Part shown: positions 21,449 to 30,579 of the stretch, in pieces
Position numbering within the stretch: position 1 is the stretch's first letter
Layout: every line of letters begins with the position of its first letter
Assembly (NCBI GenBank): GCA_034409565.1
Contig: DAOUMS010000002.1
Span: 66,223-130,222 of the forward strand
Reading direction: 5' to 3'
Length of the DNA: 64,000 nt
Source: Dehalococcoidales bacterium
Lineage (GTDB): Bacteria; Chloroflexota; Dehalococcoidia; Dehalococcoidales; RBG-16-60-22
Notes under the pieces: generated by a model
The model's input: the letters and a program-made list of their open reading frames with translations, nothing else
What the model was told of the DNA's origin: nothing
Databases searched by the model: none
Position numbers and translations under genes: made by a program

Positions 21449-22768
21449 CTAACCGTATGCTATGCTAGGCAGCCACAAGATTATCTGGGGAAAGATTATC
21501 ACCAGCGCCAGGCCGATTAGCTGCAGAGCTATGAAAGGAATTACGCCCTTGAATATATGATGCAACTGTACTTCAGAAGGTGCCACTCCCTTAAGATAGA
21601 ATATAGAAGGAGCGAAAGGCGGTGTCAGGAAAGACGTCTGCAGACAAACCGCGAAAACTATGGCAAACCATAATGGGTCAAAACCAAGCTTGGGTATTAT
21701 TGGTGTCAGGATGGGGATAAGGATTAGAAGAATGGCAATCCAATCGACAAAGAAGCCCATAATGAAGATTATAAACAGTACTACGCCCAGAACCCCCATG
21801 GGGCCGAAAGGCAGCCAGTTTAAGAAACGCGTTACCACGTCGCCGCCACCAAGAGCGAGAAAGACGCCGGTAAAGATACTGGCGCCCATGGTTACTATCA
21901 GTATCATGCTCGAAATTTTCACGGTCTCATAGACGGCGCTCTTTAAACCCTGCCAGGTGAACTTCCGGTAAATGACGCTGAGAATCAGCCCGCCAAGCAC
22001 ACCAACCGCAGCCGCTTCTACCGGTGCTGCCAGCCCCATGATAATTGACCCGAGAACGGCGACAATGATTAAGAAAAAGGGAAGCATGCCAGTTATCACC
22101 GAGCTAATCACCTGCCATTTAGGCATAGTTCTTTCCTCAGGTGGCAGGCTTGGGCCCGCCTGGGGCTGAAGAAAACATCTGATAGCTATGTAGGAAATAT
22201 ATAAGCCCGAAAGCAACAGGCCGGGGAATATGCTGGCGGTAAAAAGTCTGGCCACGGACAGGCTGGCCAGAGGCCCATATAGAATCAGCATCACGCTCGG
22301 CGGGATTAGGATACCCAGAGTTCCGCCAGCTAATATAGACCCTGTGGCTAGAGGCAGGTCATACCCACGCTTCATCATAACGGGTAAGGCCAGCAGACCC
22401 ATAACTGAAACCGGGGCACCAACTATCCCTGTGCCAGCGGCAAACAAGGTACATAGAAAAACAGTGGCTAAAGCCACTGAACCCCTTACTGGCCCCAGCG
22501 CAACTTGAAGGATCTGGAAAGCCTTGTCGGCAATTCCAGCCCGTTCCATGAGGCACCCCATAAACACAAACAAGGGAACCGCAGGCAGGGCTTCGTTGGC
22601 CATTACCCAGAAGCTGCGGGACACCATCTGGTTCATAACCACTGAGCCCCAGCCGATAAGGCCAAATATCAGGCCAATTCCGGCGAGGACGAAAGCGACA
22701 TGGAAACCGGAAAAAATGCCCACCATGACCGCGGCAAACATCAATATGGCAAGAGTTTCAGATTCCAT
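21449..22768 (-). CDS. dctM: TRAP transporter large permease subunit
   Basis: A 439-aa polytopic protein with a DctM-like pattern. It starts 1 nt after the small-subunit stop. Confidence 0.88.
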   Translation of the reverse strand: MESETLAILMFAAVMVGIFSGFHVAFVLAGIGLIFGLIGWGSVVMNQMVSRSFWVMANEALPAVPLFVFMGCLMERAGIADKAFQILQVALGPVRGSVALATVFLCTLFAAGTGIVGAPVSVMGLLALPVMMKRGYDLPLATGSILAGGTLGILIPPSVMLILYGPLASLSVARLFTASIFPGLLLSGLYISYIAIRCFLQPQAGPSLPPEERTMPKWQVISSVITGMLPFFLIIVAVLGSIIMGLAAPVEAAAVGVLGGLILSVIYRKFTWQGLKSAVYETVKISSMILIVTMGASIFTGVFLALGGGDVVTRFLNWLPFGPMGVLGVVLFIIFIMGFFVDWIAILLILIPILTPIIPKLGFDPLWFAIVFAVCLQTSFLTPPFAPSIFYLKGVAPSEVQLHHIFKGVIPFIALQLIGLALVIIFPQIILWLPSIAYG

Positions 22769-22769
22769 G

Positions 22770-23291
22770 TTATGCTCCCCTCAGCGCAACGCGCAGGTTG
22801 CGAATAAATACAGCGATTCCCTGGAGCAGCAACAGGAAAATACCTATCGGGAATACTGTCTTAAAGGGATAAATGATTGGTAGCCAGGCGGTGGTAAAGG
22901 CCTTCTCCTTCATTTGCCAAGAAAAGGCGGCAAATTTTGTCCCAAATACAAGCAAAGCCGCCATGACGGGAAAAAAGAGCAGCAGGTAACCGCAGATATC
23001 AACTATTGCCTTGTTACGCGGCGATAAACGCTGATAAAAAACGTCTATCCTTATGTGACCACCCAGGGAAAGCAGGTAAGCGGCTCCCATCATAAAGTGG
23101 ACGCCATAAAGCATATAGGTCATATCGTAAGCCCATATGGTGGGAGCGTTGAAAATATACCGTGCGGTTACTTCATAAAGTAACCCCCCGACCAGGGGGA
23201 TTATAAGCCAGGCAAAAACCTTCCCACTTATTTCACTGATTTTATCGATGGTACTTAGAAAGGTATTCAAGCATTTGCTCCTTACCAGCAA
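22770..23291 (-). CDS. dctQ: TRAP transporter small permease subunit
   Basis: 173 aa with 4 predicted TM helices, immediately upstream of dctM. Confidence 0.82.
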   Translation of the reverse strand: MLVRSKCLNTFLSTIDKISEISGKVFAWLIIPLVGGLLYEVTARYIFNAPTIWAYDMTYMLYGVHFMMGAAYLLSLGGHIRIDVFYQRLSPRNKAIVDICGYLLLFFPVMAALLVFGTKFAAFSWQMKEKAFTTAWLPIIYPFKTVFPIGIFLLLLQGIAVFIRNLRVALRGA

Positions 23292-23340
23292 TATATTACG
23301 ACTTTTGCCAACAATTGCAAAGTATTGTGCCGGGCCCGGC

Positions 23341-23379
23341 GATAAGCTAGCAAGGGTTAGATACCGTTACTAGCTTATC
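23341..23379 (-). promoter_or_regulatory. Intercistronic stem-loop between dctP and dctQ (10-bp stem gataagctag/ctagcttatc)
   Basis: Perfect 10-bp inverted repeat read from the sequence. The neighbouring palindrome gccgggcccggc lies at 23329-23340. Confidence 0.45.
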
Positions 23380-23399
23380 ACCTACCGGCTCATGTCTGC

Positions 23400-24578
23400 T
23401 TATTTCTCCCAGTACCAGTCAGCGGCGAAAGAATAGTCTTTGAAGAACTTCCGCCTAAATGGGACCTGTTGCTCAGCCCATTTTCTCTGTGATTCTAGTA
23501 CCTTGGCGAACATAGGATTTTCGTCAGATAACTTTTGGGATACTGTTTCCCAGGCTTCCATTTGTTTGACCAAGATATCGTCTGGAACGTCAACCACCTC
23601 AACACCGTACTTTGTTTCAAGCTCTTCAAGGGCTGGAATACACATACGGTATTCTTCCACGGTATTTTTGAGGAGCATCTCGTTGCAGACCGATTCGACC
23701 AGCAACTGGAGACTTGTTGGCAGTGATGCCCAGGATTGGGTATTAAATACCAGGAAATTGTACCCGCAGGGCTGGTGTAAGCTCGGAGCGTGGTAGTACT
23801 TGAGAACATCCCCGAGGCCGAGGTTCAGGTCACTGTGCGGGTCACTGTATTCCGTGGCATCAATGACGCCCTTCTCCAGGGACGGAAGTATCTCACCTCC
23901 GGGCACGTTCACTACCGTTGCCCCTGCTTCCTCGTAGAGCAAGGCCGCTAACCCGGCGACTCGCATTTTGTAGCCAGCCAGGTCATCCCAGGAATGCAAT
24001 GGTTCAGGGAACCAGCCGAGTGGCTCGGGGAACTCACCCTTAATAGCAAAGGCTTTGAGATTGTTATAACCAGCCGCTTTAAAGGTCTCATCGAGCAACT
24101 CGTAGCCGCCGCCAAAGAACATCCAGCTCATATTGTCCATGTTATCCATGCCATAGGTGCCAGCTACTGCGCCAGAAAACAGGCCAAAGGCGGAATTCTT
24201 ACCCACTCCGTAGCCGGCGTTCCAGCACGCCACTTCCATCACACCTTGTTCAGCCGCATCAACTACTTCATAAGCCGGGACTATGGTTCCCGGAGCCAGA
24301 TGCTGGATTTGCAGCTGTCCTTCAGAAACTTCCTTGATTCGCTCAATCGCTCTGTCGTGCGACAGATAGTCCCAGGTGCCAGGCGCAAACGCATTTTGAC
24401 CCTTCCATTTGAATACTTCAGCGGGTTGCGCTGGAGCTGGGGCTGGGGCTGGAGCTGGTGCTGGAGCTGGTGCTGGCGCCGGGGTAGGCTCTGGAGCTGG
24501 TGCTGCGCAGCCAGTGGCCACCATGACGATAACTAATACCAGCCCTGCGATTAAAGCAAATAACTGCTTTTTATGCAT
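23400..24578 (-). CDS. dctP: TRAP transporter substrate-binding protein, lipoprotein form with (Ala-Pro)n tether
   Basis: It has a signal peptide plus lipobox VATGC, then APAPEPTPAPAPAPAPAPAPAPAPAQP, then a DctP-type solute-receptor domain. Confidence 0.85.
   Translation of the reverse strand: MHKKQLFALIAGLVLVIVMVATGCAAPAPEPTPAPAPAPAPAPAPAPAPAQPAEVFKWKGQNAFAPGTWDYLSHDRAIERIKEVSEGQLQIQHLAPGTIVPAYEVVDAAEQGVMEVACWNAGYGVGKNSAFGLFSGAVAGTYGMDNMDNMSWMFFGGGYELLDETFKAAGYNNLKAFAIKGEFPEPLGWFPEPLHSWDDLAGYKMRVAGLAALLYEEAGATVVNVPGGEILPSLEKGVIDATEYSDPHSDLNLGLGDVLKYYHAPSLHQPCGYNFLVFNTQSWASLPTSLQLLVESVCNEMLLKNTVEEYRMCIPALEELETKYGVEVVDVPDDILVKQMEAWETVSQKLSDENPMFAKVLESQRKWAEQQVPFRRKFFKDYSFAADWYWEK
24429..24506. 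repeat. Imperfect hexanucleotide repeat (GCTGGN)n encoding the (Pro-Ala)n linker of dctP
   Basis: The direct read is gctggagctggggctggggctggagctggtgctggagctggtgct. Confidence 0.9.
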
Positions 24579-24724
24579 TTTTCCCTCCTCATAAATAATA
24601 ACCTAAGCTGCATGAAAAATATTACTGTTGAAAGGGATCACCCCCTTTATCAATTATTCAAGATATTGCTTGCGTGTCTTTAAGGGCAAAGAAGACACGC
24701 CTGGTAAAAAGTCCTTTTGCCTCT

Positions 24725-25525
24725 TCATTTGAAGCTCTTGCCTCTATCAAAAAACCTGAATTCCGGCCCTAGGTCATGGCAACAGCTTAATCCGCCGTCT
24801 ACCACAAGGCACTGGCCGGTAATGTAATCCGACTCGTAGGAGCTGAGGAAGAGGATAGCCGGCACCACACTTTCCGGTGTACCGTACCCGAGAGGTATTT
24901 TGCTATCGATTATTTTGCCTACTGACGTGGCCCGCATTTTGGCACTTATCGGCGTGGCCATAAATCCGGGGGCAACCGCATTGACACAGATATGGTAGGG
25001 GGCAAAATCCATCGCCCATATCCTCGTCATTCCGAGCACGCCGGCTTTAGCGGCGGTATAGGCGGTTGAAGACAATCCGGTCAGCCCGGCAATAGAAGCA
25101 ACATTGACGACCTTGCCGCATTTCCTCTCTATCATGTGAGGTATCACTGCTTTGGTAACCAGGAATGTCCCTTTAAGGTCTACGCCTACCTCTTTGTCCC
25201 AAATGTCTTCAGTAGTGTCCAGTAACCCTTGACGAACAATGATGCCGGCATTATTAACCAGGACGTCTATTTTGTGGTAAGCATTAAGCGTTTCTTCAGT
25301 CAGGTTCTCGGCTTCATCAGCTTTTGAGATGTCCGTTTTAACCGCGAGGGCTCTGCCACCCACCTCTGCAATCTCGGTCACCGTCTCTTTGGCACCATTG
25401 AAATCAATGTCAGAGCTTACAACCGCCGCACCTTCCCTCGCAAAGGCACGACAGCACGTCCGACCCAGTCCAGAACCCCCTCCGGTGACAATTACCACTT
25501 TGTCCGTGAACCTGGTGCCTTTCAA
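24725..25525 (-). CDS. Short-chain dehydrogenase/reductase (SDR)
   Basis: TGGGSGLGR, NNAG, and a catalytic YTAAK. Confidence 0.9.
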   Translation of the reverse strand: MKGTRFTDKVVIVTGGGSGLGRTCCRAFAREGAAVVSSDIDFNGAKETVTEIAEVGGRALAVKTDISKADEAENLTEETLNAYHKIDVLVNNAGIIVRQGLLDTTEDIWDKEVGVDLKGTFLVTKAVIPHMIERKCGKVVNVASIAGLTGLSSTAYTAAKAGVLGMTRIWAMDFAPYHICVNAVAPGFMATPISAKMRATSVGKIIDSKIPLGYGTPESVVPAILFLSSYESDYITGQCLVVDGGLSCCHDLGPEFRFFDRGKSFK

Positions 25526-25603
25526 AGGGCTTTATCCTCCTGGTTTCCGCACCACCCCTGTTTTACTTCAATGCGGTATTGAATATTTTTTTAAGGTAGA
25601 TGG

Positions 25604-26527
25604 CTATTGAGTGGTCCCATACCCCGGTGACGAAGGCTCGGTAGCCCCAGATGCTTGGGAAGCTGAGTCCAGAACGTTCTGCTGCCACCAGGTACGGAGT
25701 TCTTCTACATCATGAACAGGGTTACTCTCATCTTGGTAACCCAGCCGGTAGCTAATCAGGCTCGCTCCGAGTTTGACCAGTGCCGACCATTGTGCGCGAA
25801 TAGTATCGCTAATTCTGTAAATTGGCCCTGATATGCTTGTGGCGGCGGTAACCTTGCCACTGGCATCTCGTATTACAGACCCGATGCCCTCAACACCTAT
25901 CCAGCTACCCTCATGGTCAATGGAAACCCCGGTCTTCTTTATCTCTTTAAGCTCTTTTTTAAGTTCTGTCTTGGTCTTAATTGTTTTCTCAGTAGTGGGA
26001 ATCAGGTTTTCATCAGGATATATTCTATCCAGTGTTTCCTCATCCAGTTCACTCAATATTGCTTTACCCATCGCCGAACCATAGGCGGGAATTATCGCAC
26101 CGACATGACGGGGCTCACGTACAGCGTGTTTCGCTTCCTCTTTCAGGATAAATATTACGTTTCCTTTATCGAAGATACCCAGATTAACTGCTTCGCCTGT
26201 TAGTTCGTTCAGTATTTTGGTGACCGGACTGGCCGCTTTAATAATATCTGTCGTGCTCAAATACAGGCTTCCCAGTGCATAGAGTATGGGACCAATCGTA
26301 TACTTTTCTGTTTTTTCGTCTCTCTGCAACAGGCCGTCATCCATCAAGGTCATCATTATTCGGTAGGCTGTGGTCCGGTGTATGCCAAGCTTCCGGGCTA
26401 TTTCAGCAACACTGAACTCCACTTGTTCTGGAGAGAAGCATTTCAGTAATAACGCAGCCCGGTGTAGCGATTTAATGCGATTAATACGTTCCATCTTGAA
26501 AACCTGATTTGTTATTATGTTGCGCAT
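25604..26527 (-). CDS. IclR-family transcriptional regulator (start may be ATG 26494)
   Basis: N-terminal wHTH (SLHRAALLLKCF..VAEIARKLGIHRTTAYRIMMTL) plus an IclR effector domain. The alternative start MERINR at 26494 gives a typical N-terminus. Confidence 0.85.
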   Translation of the reverse strand: MRNIITNQVFKMERINRIKSLHRAALLLKCFSPEQVEFSVAEIARKLGIHRTTAYRIMMTLMDDGLLQRDEKTEKYTIGPILYALGSLYLSTTDIIKAASPVTKILNELTGEAVNLGIFDKGNVIFILKEEAKHAVREPRHVGAIIPAYGSAMGKAILSELDEETLDRIYPDENLIPTTEKTIKTKTELKKELKEIKKTGVSIDHEGSWIGVEGIGSVIRDASGKVTAATSISGPIYRISDTIRAQWSALVKLGASLISYRLGYQDESNPVHDVEELRTWWQQNVLDSASQASGATEPSSPGYGTTQ

Positions 26528-26537
26528 TGCGCAACAT
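26517..26537. promoter_or_regulatory. Perfect 10-1-10 palindrome atgttgcgca-t-tgcgcaacat; candidate IclR operator
   Basis: Read directly. It is centred on the upstream candidate start codon of the IclR gene. Confidence 0.4.
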
Positions 26538-26613
26538 ATGTTTCAGTTTTTGTATCGTAAAAATTTTACATAGCAAATGTTAATTTGTCAATACTTTAGG
26601 GAAACTTTTTTAG

Positions 26614-26717
26614 GGCATTTTTGCCGGGCCAGCATTATTTCTGGCATCCGGTGCCTCTAATGGTATAACAGGAATGGCCCTGGATGTTACCGGCGGTATA
26701 TTTGCCGGCTGGGCCAA
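26614..26717 (+). pseudogene. Remnant of an SDR C-terminus (no N-terminal part present)
   Basis: The plus-frame translation GIFAGPALFLASGASNGITGMALDVTGGIFAG matches the SDR C-terminal pattern (LFLAS..S..ITG..L.VDGG). It is preceded by a stop codon and runs into the antisense strand of the transketolase gene. Confidence 0.45.
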
Positions 26718-27590
26718 TCAAGGCGCAGCTTTACTCTTTCTAAGCTCGGCCAAAGTTCTCTTCAGTTCCGCGATAGCTTTATCTCTTTGCTCTCTGGTTA
26801 CAGGACTGGCATGCCATTCCATTACATCTTCCATATAGGATACGCCCTTGCCTTTAACTGTCTTGCAGACAAGCACGCAGGGCTTGCGTTCCCGCATTTT
26901 GTTTCGTCTGGTTTCAAATGCAGCCATGAGCGATGGTATATCATGTCCATCCGCGGCTAATACCTCCCACCCGAAGGCACGCCACTTATCAAGAAGGGGT
27001 TCGATATTCATAACCTCGTTGACATTGCCATCCACCTGAAGGTTATTGTAGTCGACTATCGCCGTTAGATTATTGACACGATGATGGCTGGTTGCCATAG
27101 CGGCTTCCCATGTCAGGCCCTCTTGCAGTTCGCCATCTGACAAGAGAGCGTAGACCTGGAAATCTCTGCCGGTCTGCCTGGCCCCCAGAGCCATCCCGAG
27201 ACCAATGGATAGTCCGTGGCCAAGGGAACCCGTCGTCATATCAATCCCGGGTGTCTTCCGAAAATCAGGGTGACCTTGAAGCAAGCTATTTATGTGGCGT
27301 AATGTCTTGAGCACGCCGCGGTCAAAGTAGCCTTTATGGGCAAGAGCCGCATAAATAATGGGACAGGCATGTCCTTTTGAGAGAACCAATCTGTCTCTAT
27401 CTTCCCAGGCAGGGCGCCGGGGGTCTATATTCATCACCTGCCAGTAGAGAGTGGTTACAATTTCGGCAGCCGACAATGAGCCGCCGGGGTGTCCACTACC
27501 GGCATGGTAAATCATATCTATAACGTCACAGCGCAATTCGTAAGCCTTTATTTGTAAGAAATCGATTATGCTATCTTTCCGGCCAGGCAC
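26718..27590 (-). CDS. Transketolase, N-terminal (ThDP-binding) subunit
   Basis: GSGHPGGSLS, LSKGHA and the GDGELQEG-like SDGELQEG motif. Confidence 0.9.
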   Translation of the reverse strand: MPGRKDSIIDFLQIKAYELRCDVIDMIYHAGSGHPGGSLSAAEIVTTLYWQVMNIDPRRPAWEDRDRLVLSKGHACPIIYAALAHKGYFDRGVLKTLRHINSLLQGHPDFRKTPGIDMTTGSLGHGLSIGLGMALGARQTGRDFQVYALLSDGELQEGLTWEAAMATSHHRVNNLTAIVDYNNLQVDGNVNEVMNIEPLLDKWRAFGWEVLAADGHDIPSLMAAFETRRNKMRERKPCVLVCKTVKGKGVSYMEDVMEWHASPVTREQRDKAIAELKRTLAELRKSKAAP

Positions 27591-27624
27591 TGATTTTTCC
27601 CCTTTCTCTAGGTTGCATAATATG

Positions 27625-28590
27625 CTAATGCTTCTTTATGCTAACAACATCGCGAACTGCTCGTATGATGTCATCCCGTCCGAGTCCATATTTATCTCTT
27701 AATTCGTAATTTTTACCTGATTCAGTATATACGTCTTTAATGCCCAAACCGCGAAATCGCACCTTTATTTCGGCTTCAACCAGACACTGGCAGACCGCTG
27801 ATGCCAGACCGCCAATAATATTATGGTCTTCTATCGTGACCACGGCTCCAGTTTTGTTCGCTGATTTAACCAGCAATTCTTTATCCAGAGGCTTAAGAGT
27901 CGGCATATCCAGTACTTCAACTCCGATTCCATCCAGAGCCAGACTTTCGGCAGCCTCCAATACCCTGCTCAGTGCAATCCCGTAGGAGATAATGGTAACG
28001 TCTTCTCCTTCTTTCACCGTGTAGCCATGGCCTATATTAAACTCAGTGTTTTCATCATATATAACAGGTGTAGCTTCATATTCAATCCTGATGTAAACCG
28101 GTCCTTCGTGTTTTACAGCTGCCTGTGCTATTTTTCGGGCTAAAACTGCGTCTGATGGCACCATTACGACCAGATTGGGGAAGCTCCGTACAATAGCTAT
28201 ATCTTCCAGAGATTGATGAGTTACTCCGTCCTTGCCATCGCTCAAACCGGCGTAACCACCGATTACTTTGACGTTGAGATTCGGATAACAGATGAAGGTC
28301 CTGAATTGTTCACACGCCCGCATCGAGGCAAATACGGCAAAAGTCATGGCAAATGGAATCATACCGGTCGATGCCAAACCAGCGGCCACGCCAAGTAAAT
28401 TCTGTTCAGCGATGCCCATATCATAAAATCTCTTGGGGAATACATCGCGAAATCGCCGCGAACGGGTAGTCCGGGAAACATCAGCATCAAGTACCACGAG
28501 TCCGGCATTTTGTTTGGCGATTTCAATAAGTTCGTCAACAAATGCTTCGCGTGGGTCAATCATTTTTGCATCTCGCATCATGCTATCCAT
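27625..28590 (-). CDS. Transketolase, C-terminal (pyrimidine-binding) subunit
   Basis: FYDMGIAEQN and the DGVTHQ-type motif DGKDGVTHQSLEDIA. Confidence 0.9.
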   Translation of the reverse strand: MDSMMRDAKMIDPREAFVDELIEIAKQNAGLVVLDADVSRTTRSRRFRDVFPKRFYDMGIAEQNLLGVAAGLASTGMIPFAMTFAVFASMRACEQFRTFICYPNLNVKVIGGYAGLSDGKDGVTHQSLEDIAIVRSFPNLVVMVPSDAVLARKIAQAAVKHEGPVYIRIEYEATPVIYDENTEFNIGHGYTVKEGEDVTIISYGIALSRVLEAAESLALDGIGVEVLDMPTLKPLDKELLVKSANKTGAVVTIEDHNIIGGLASAVCQCLVEAEIKVRFRGLGIKDVYTESGKNYELRDKYGLGRDDIIRAVRDVVSIKKH

Positions 28591-28806
28591 TCCTTAATAT
28601 TTTCAGGTCTGTAAATTTTTATATGACGGCTAATCTTTCCGTTTTATTTAAATATTCCGGGGTTATATACTTCAAGCGGATATTCCATTCTACCATAAAC
28701 CGAAAAGTGATAGAATAGGGGTATGTGCAAGTTGTTCAAGCCTTATTTTGATTTTTGGGTCCTTTGTATTAAATGGGCTTATTGGCGTTGGGAGGGCAGA
28801 GAACCT

Positions 28807-29496
28807 ATGATTACATCTGTCCTATCTTTTCTCGTCTCTATTGGTGGGGTAATTGGGGCATTTCTTACAAAGGAATGGTGGATATTCCTTGTACCATTAG
28901 GTATGTTTATACTATTTATCGCACCTTATAAACTTTGGAAAGCACAGCATGATGAATTAACAAAAATGAAAGAGAAACGGCTTGTAGTTTCTCTTTCAGA
29001 TAATTATAGGCCAAGAGATGGTTCAGATTGGCTTCGCTTGCGTGTGGATAATCCGAGTGGGGTAAGTATTAAGGGGTGCTATGGGAAGCTATCTTATTAC
29101 ACAATGCTTGTTAGCGTGGAGGGCATTTCTAAGAAAGCAACAGATATATCTACTGGAGCATCGTTAAATGATGGTTTACCACCTGCAAGGCATCCCTTCC
29201 CATGGGCATCAACAACTACTCCACCAATATTGAAGCCAATAGGGAGTAAAGACCACGAATTTCTTTATATAGCTGTTGTACCGAAACAGGGTACTAATTT
29301 CTTTACGCCAACAGAATCAGGGCTAGGATACCCCAAAACTAATATTTTTGCTGAATATGAAGCGCAAATAGACATTGGGTCTGAAAGTGAGGAATTTTCT
29401 CCAACAAGGGTAGTCTTTAGATTTGCGATGACACAGCATAGTATAGAAGCTAAGGAATTAGAGATTGTTAATGAACAAAGTGAAATCAAGACTTAA
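28807..29496 (+). CDS. Hypothetical membrane-anchored protein (2 TM plus soluble domain)
   Basis: ATG 28807 is preceded by GGGAGGG, and the track start at 28723 is less likely. The region is AT-rich and I recognise no family. Confidence 0.5.
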   Translation: MITSVLSFLVSIGGVIGAFLTKEWWIFLVPLGMFILFIAPYKLWKAQHDELTKMKEKRLVVSLSDNYRPRDGSDWLRLRVDNPSGVSIKGCYGKLSYYTMLVSVEGISKKATDISTGASLNDGLPPARHPFPWASTTTPPILKPIGSKDHEFLYIAVVPKQGTNFFTPTESGLGYPKTNIFAEYEAQIDIGSESEEFSPTRVVFRFAMTQHSIEAKELEIVNEQSEIKT

Positions 29497-29659
29497 AGAA
29501 CTAGCATTAACATTATTCGTGCTTCTCCTGTTGAGTGTGGTACTCCTTGCGGTTGTCGGGTTCACAACTTTGTTTGGGGAATACTGGAAGTGGGCGCTCG
29601 GTGGGCTCGTAACCCTAACATTTGCGTGTATAGCTTTATATCTGGTATATAGAAGGTAA
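29471..29659 (+). CDS. Small hypothetical 2-TM protein (62 aa)
   Basis: The ORF overlaps the previous gene's end. It has two hydrophobic helices and only a weak AAGGA upstream. Confidence 0.35.
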   Translation: MNKVKSRLKELALTLFVLLLLSVVLLAVVGFTTLFGEYWKWALGGLVTLTFACIALYLVYRR

Positions 29660-29661
29660 AG

Positions 29662-30567
29662 TCAATGTGTCAGAGAATCATAGGTAAGGTTATCGGAACT
29701 AATGAGTTTCAGGAGGGTATCACGAAATAGGTATGGGTTATCACGATTATTAAATCGCCACTCTAACTCATCTAAATAAGCATCAAGATGTTTAACAGAG
29801 ACTTTATGATAAGAACCGATAACAGACCGCTTAAAGAGACTCCAGACATTCTCAACGGTGTTGGTGTGGACATCGCCGTTGACCCATTCCTCTTCACTGT
29901 GGTTGACCGTCTCATGCCTAGTATCATGGTCGGCAATACCCTTGTAAGCAGGCCAGTCGTCAGTATAGATAGCTTCCGTATCCGGTGCGGTGTTATTCTT
30001 GATAAACTCGTGGAGTGTCTTTCTATCTCTACTACTCACCACTTTGAGACGCAGAGAACCGCCACGCTCAACAGCGCCAACAACAGCCACCTTATTGCCC
30101 TTATAGCCATGCCCTACGTCTCTGCGCTTGCCACCTATCCATGTCTCATCAACCTCTACAATGCCATTAAGAGGCTCTGGATTGATTTCTGTCATGGCAT
30201 TTCTTATTCTGTGGCAAAGATACCAAGCCGTCTTATAGGATACGCCGAGAGTGCGTTTCATCTGATTAGCGGATACACCTTTCTTGGCCTCAACCATCAA
30301 ATAGACCGCCATGAACCACTTGGCAAGTGGCAGGTGAGAGTCGTGGAATATAGTGCCAGCAGTAACGGAGAATTGATAACCGCATGAACCACAATCGTAT
30401 TGGTCACGAGTATATGAGTTGCGAATGTCCTTGCTCTCACAGCGAGGGCAGGAGATACCATCAGGCCAGCGTAGGTCAGCCAAAGCCTGACGGCATGAGT
30501 CGTCGCTATGGTATCTTTCTACCAGCTTCATCAAGTTCATTTCCTGCTTACCATTCTTCTTGTTCAT
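29662..30567 (-). CDS. IS1595-family (ISXO2-like) transposase; element ends not resolved
   Basis: N-terminal zinc-finger CPRC..CGSCGY followed by a DDE region (VEVDETWIGGK, YTDDWPAYKGI). The 301-aa length looks intact. I could not identify terminal inverted repeats. Confidence 0.85.
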   Translation of the reverse strand: MNKKNGKQEMNLMKLVERYHSDDSCRQALADLRWPDGISCPRCESKDIRNSYTRDQYDCGSCGYQFSVTAGTIFHDSHLPLAKWFMAVYLMVEAKKGVSANQMKRTLGVSYKTAWYLCHRIRNAMTEINPEPLNGIVEVDETWIGGKRRDVGHGYKGNKVAVVGAVERGGSLRLKVVSSRDRKTLHEFIKNNTAPDTEAIYTDDWPAYKGIADHDTRHETVNHSEEEWVNGDVHTNTVENVWSLFKRSVIGSYHKVSVKHLDAYLDELEWRFNNRDNPYLFRDTLLKLISSDNLTYDSLTH

Positions 30568-30579
30568 TGGAGGCCTCCT

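Noticed and set aside
24409-24594. A plus-strand ORF encoding (Gly-Ala)n and the underlying short tandem repeat. I considered it as a microsatellite or mini CRISPR-like array.
   Set aside because: The repeat unit is 6 nt with no spacers. It lies in-frame inside dctP, where it encodes a Pro-Ala linker. It is not a CRISPR array.
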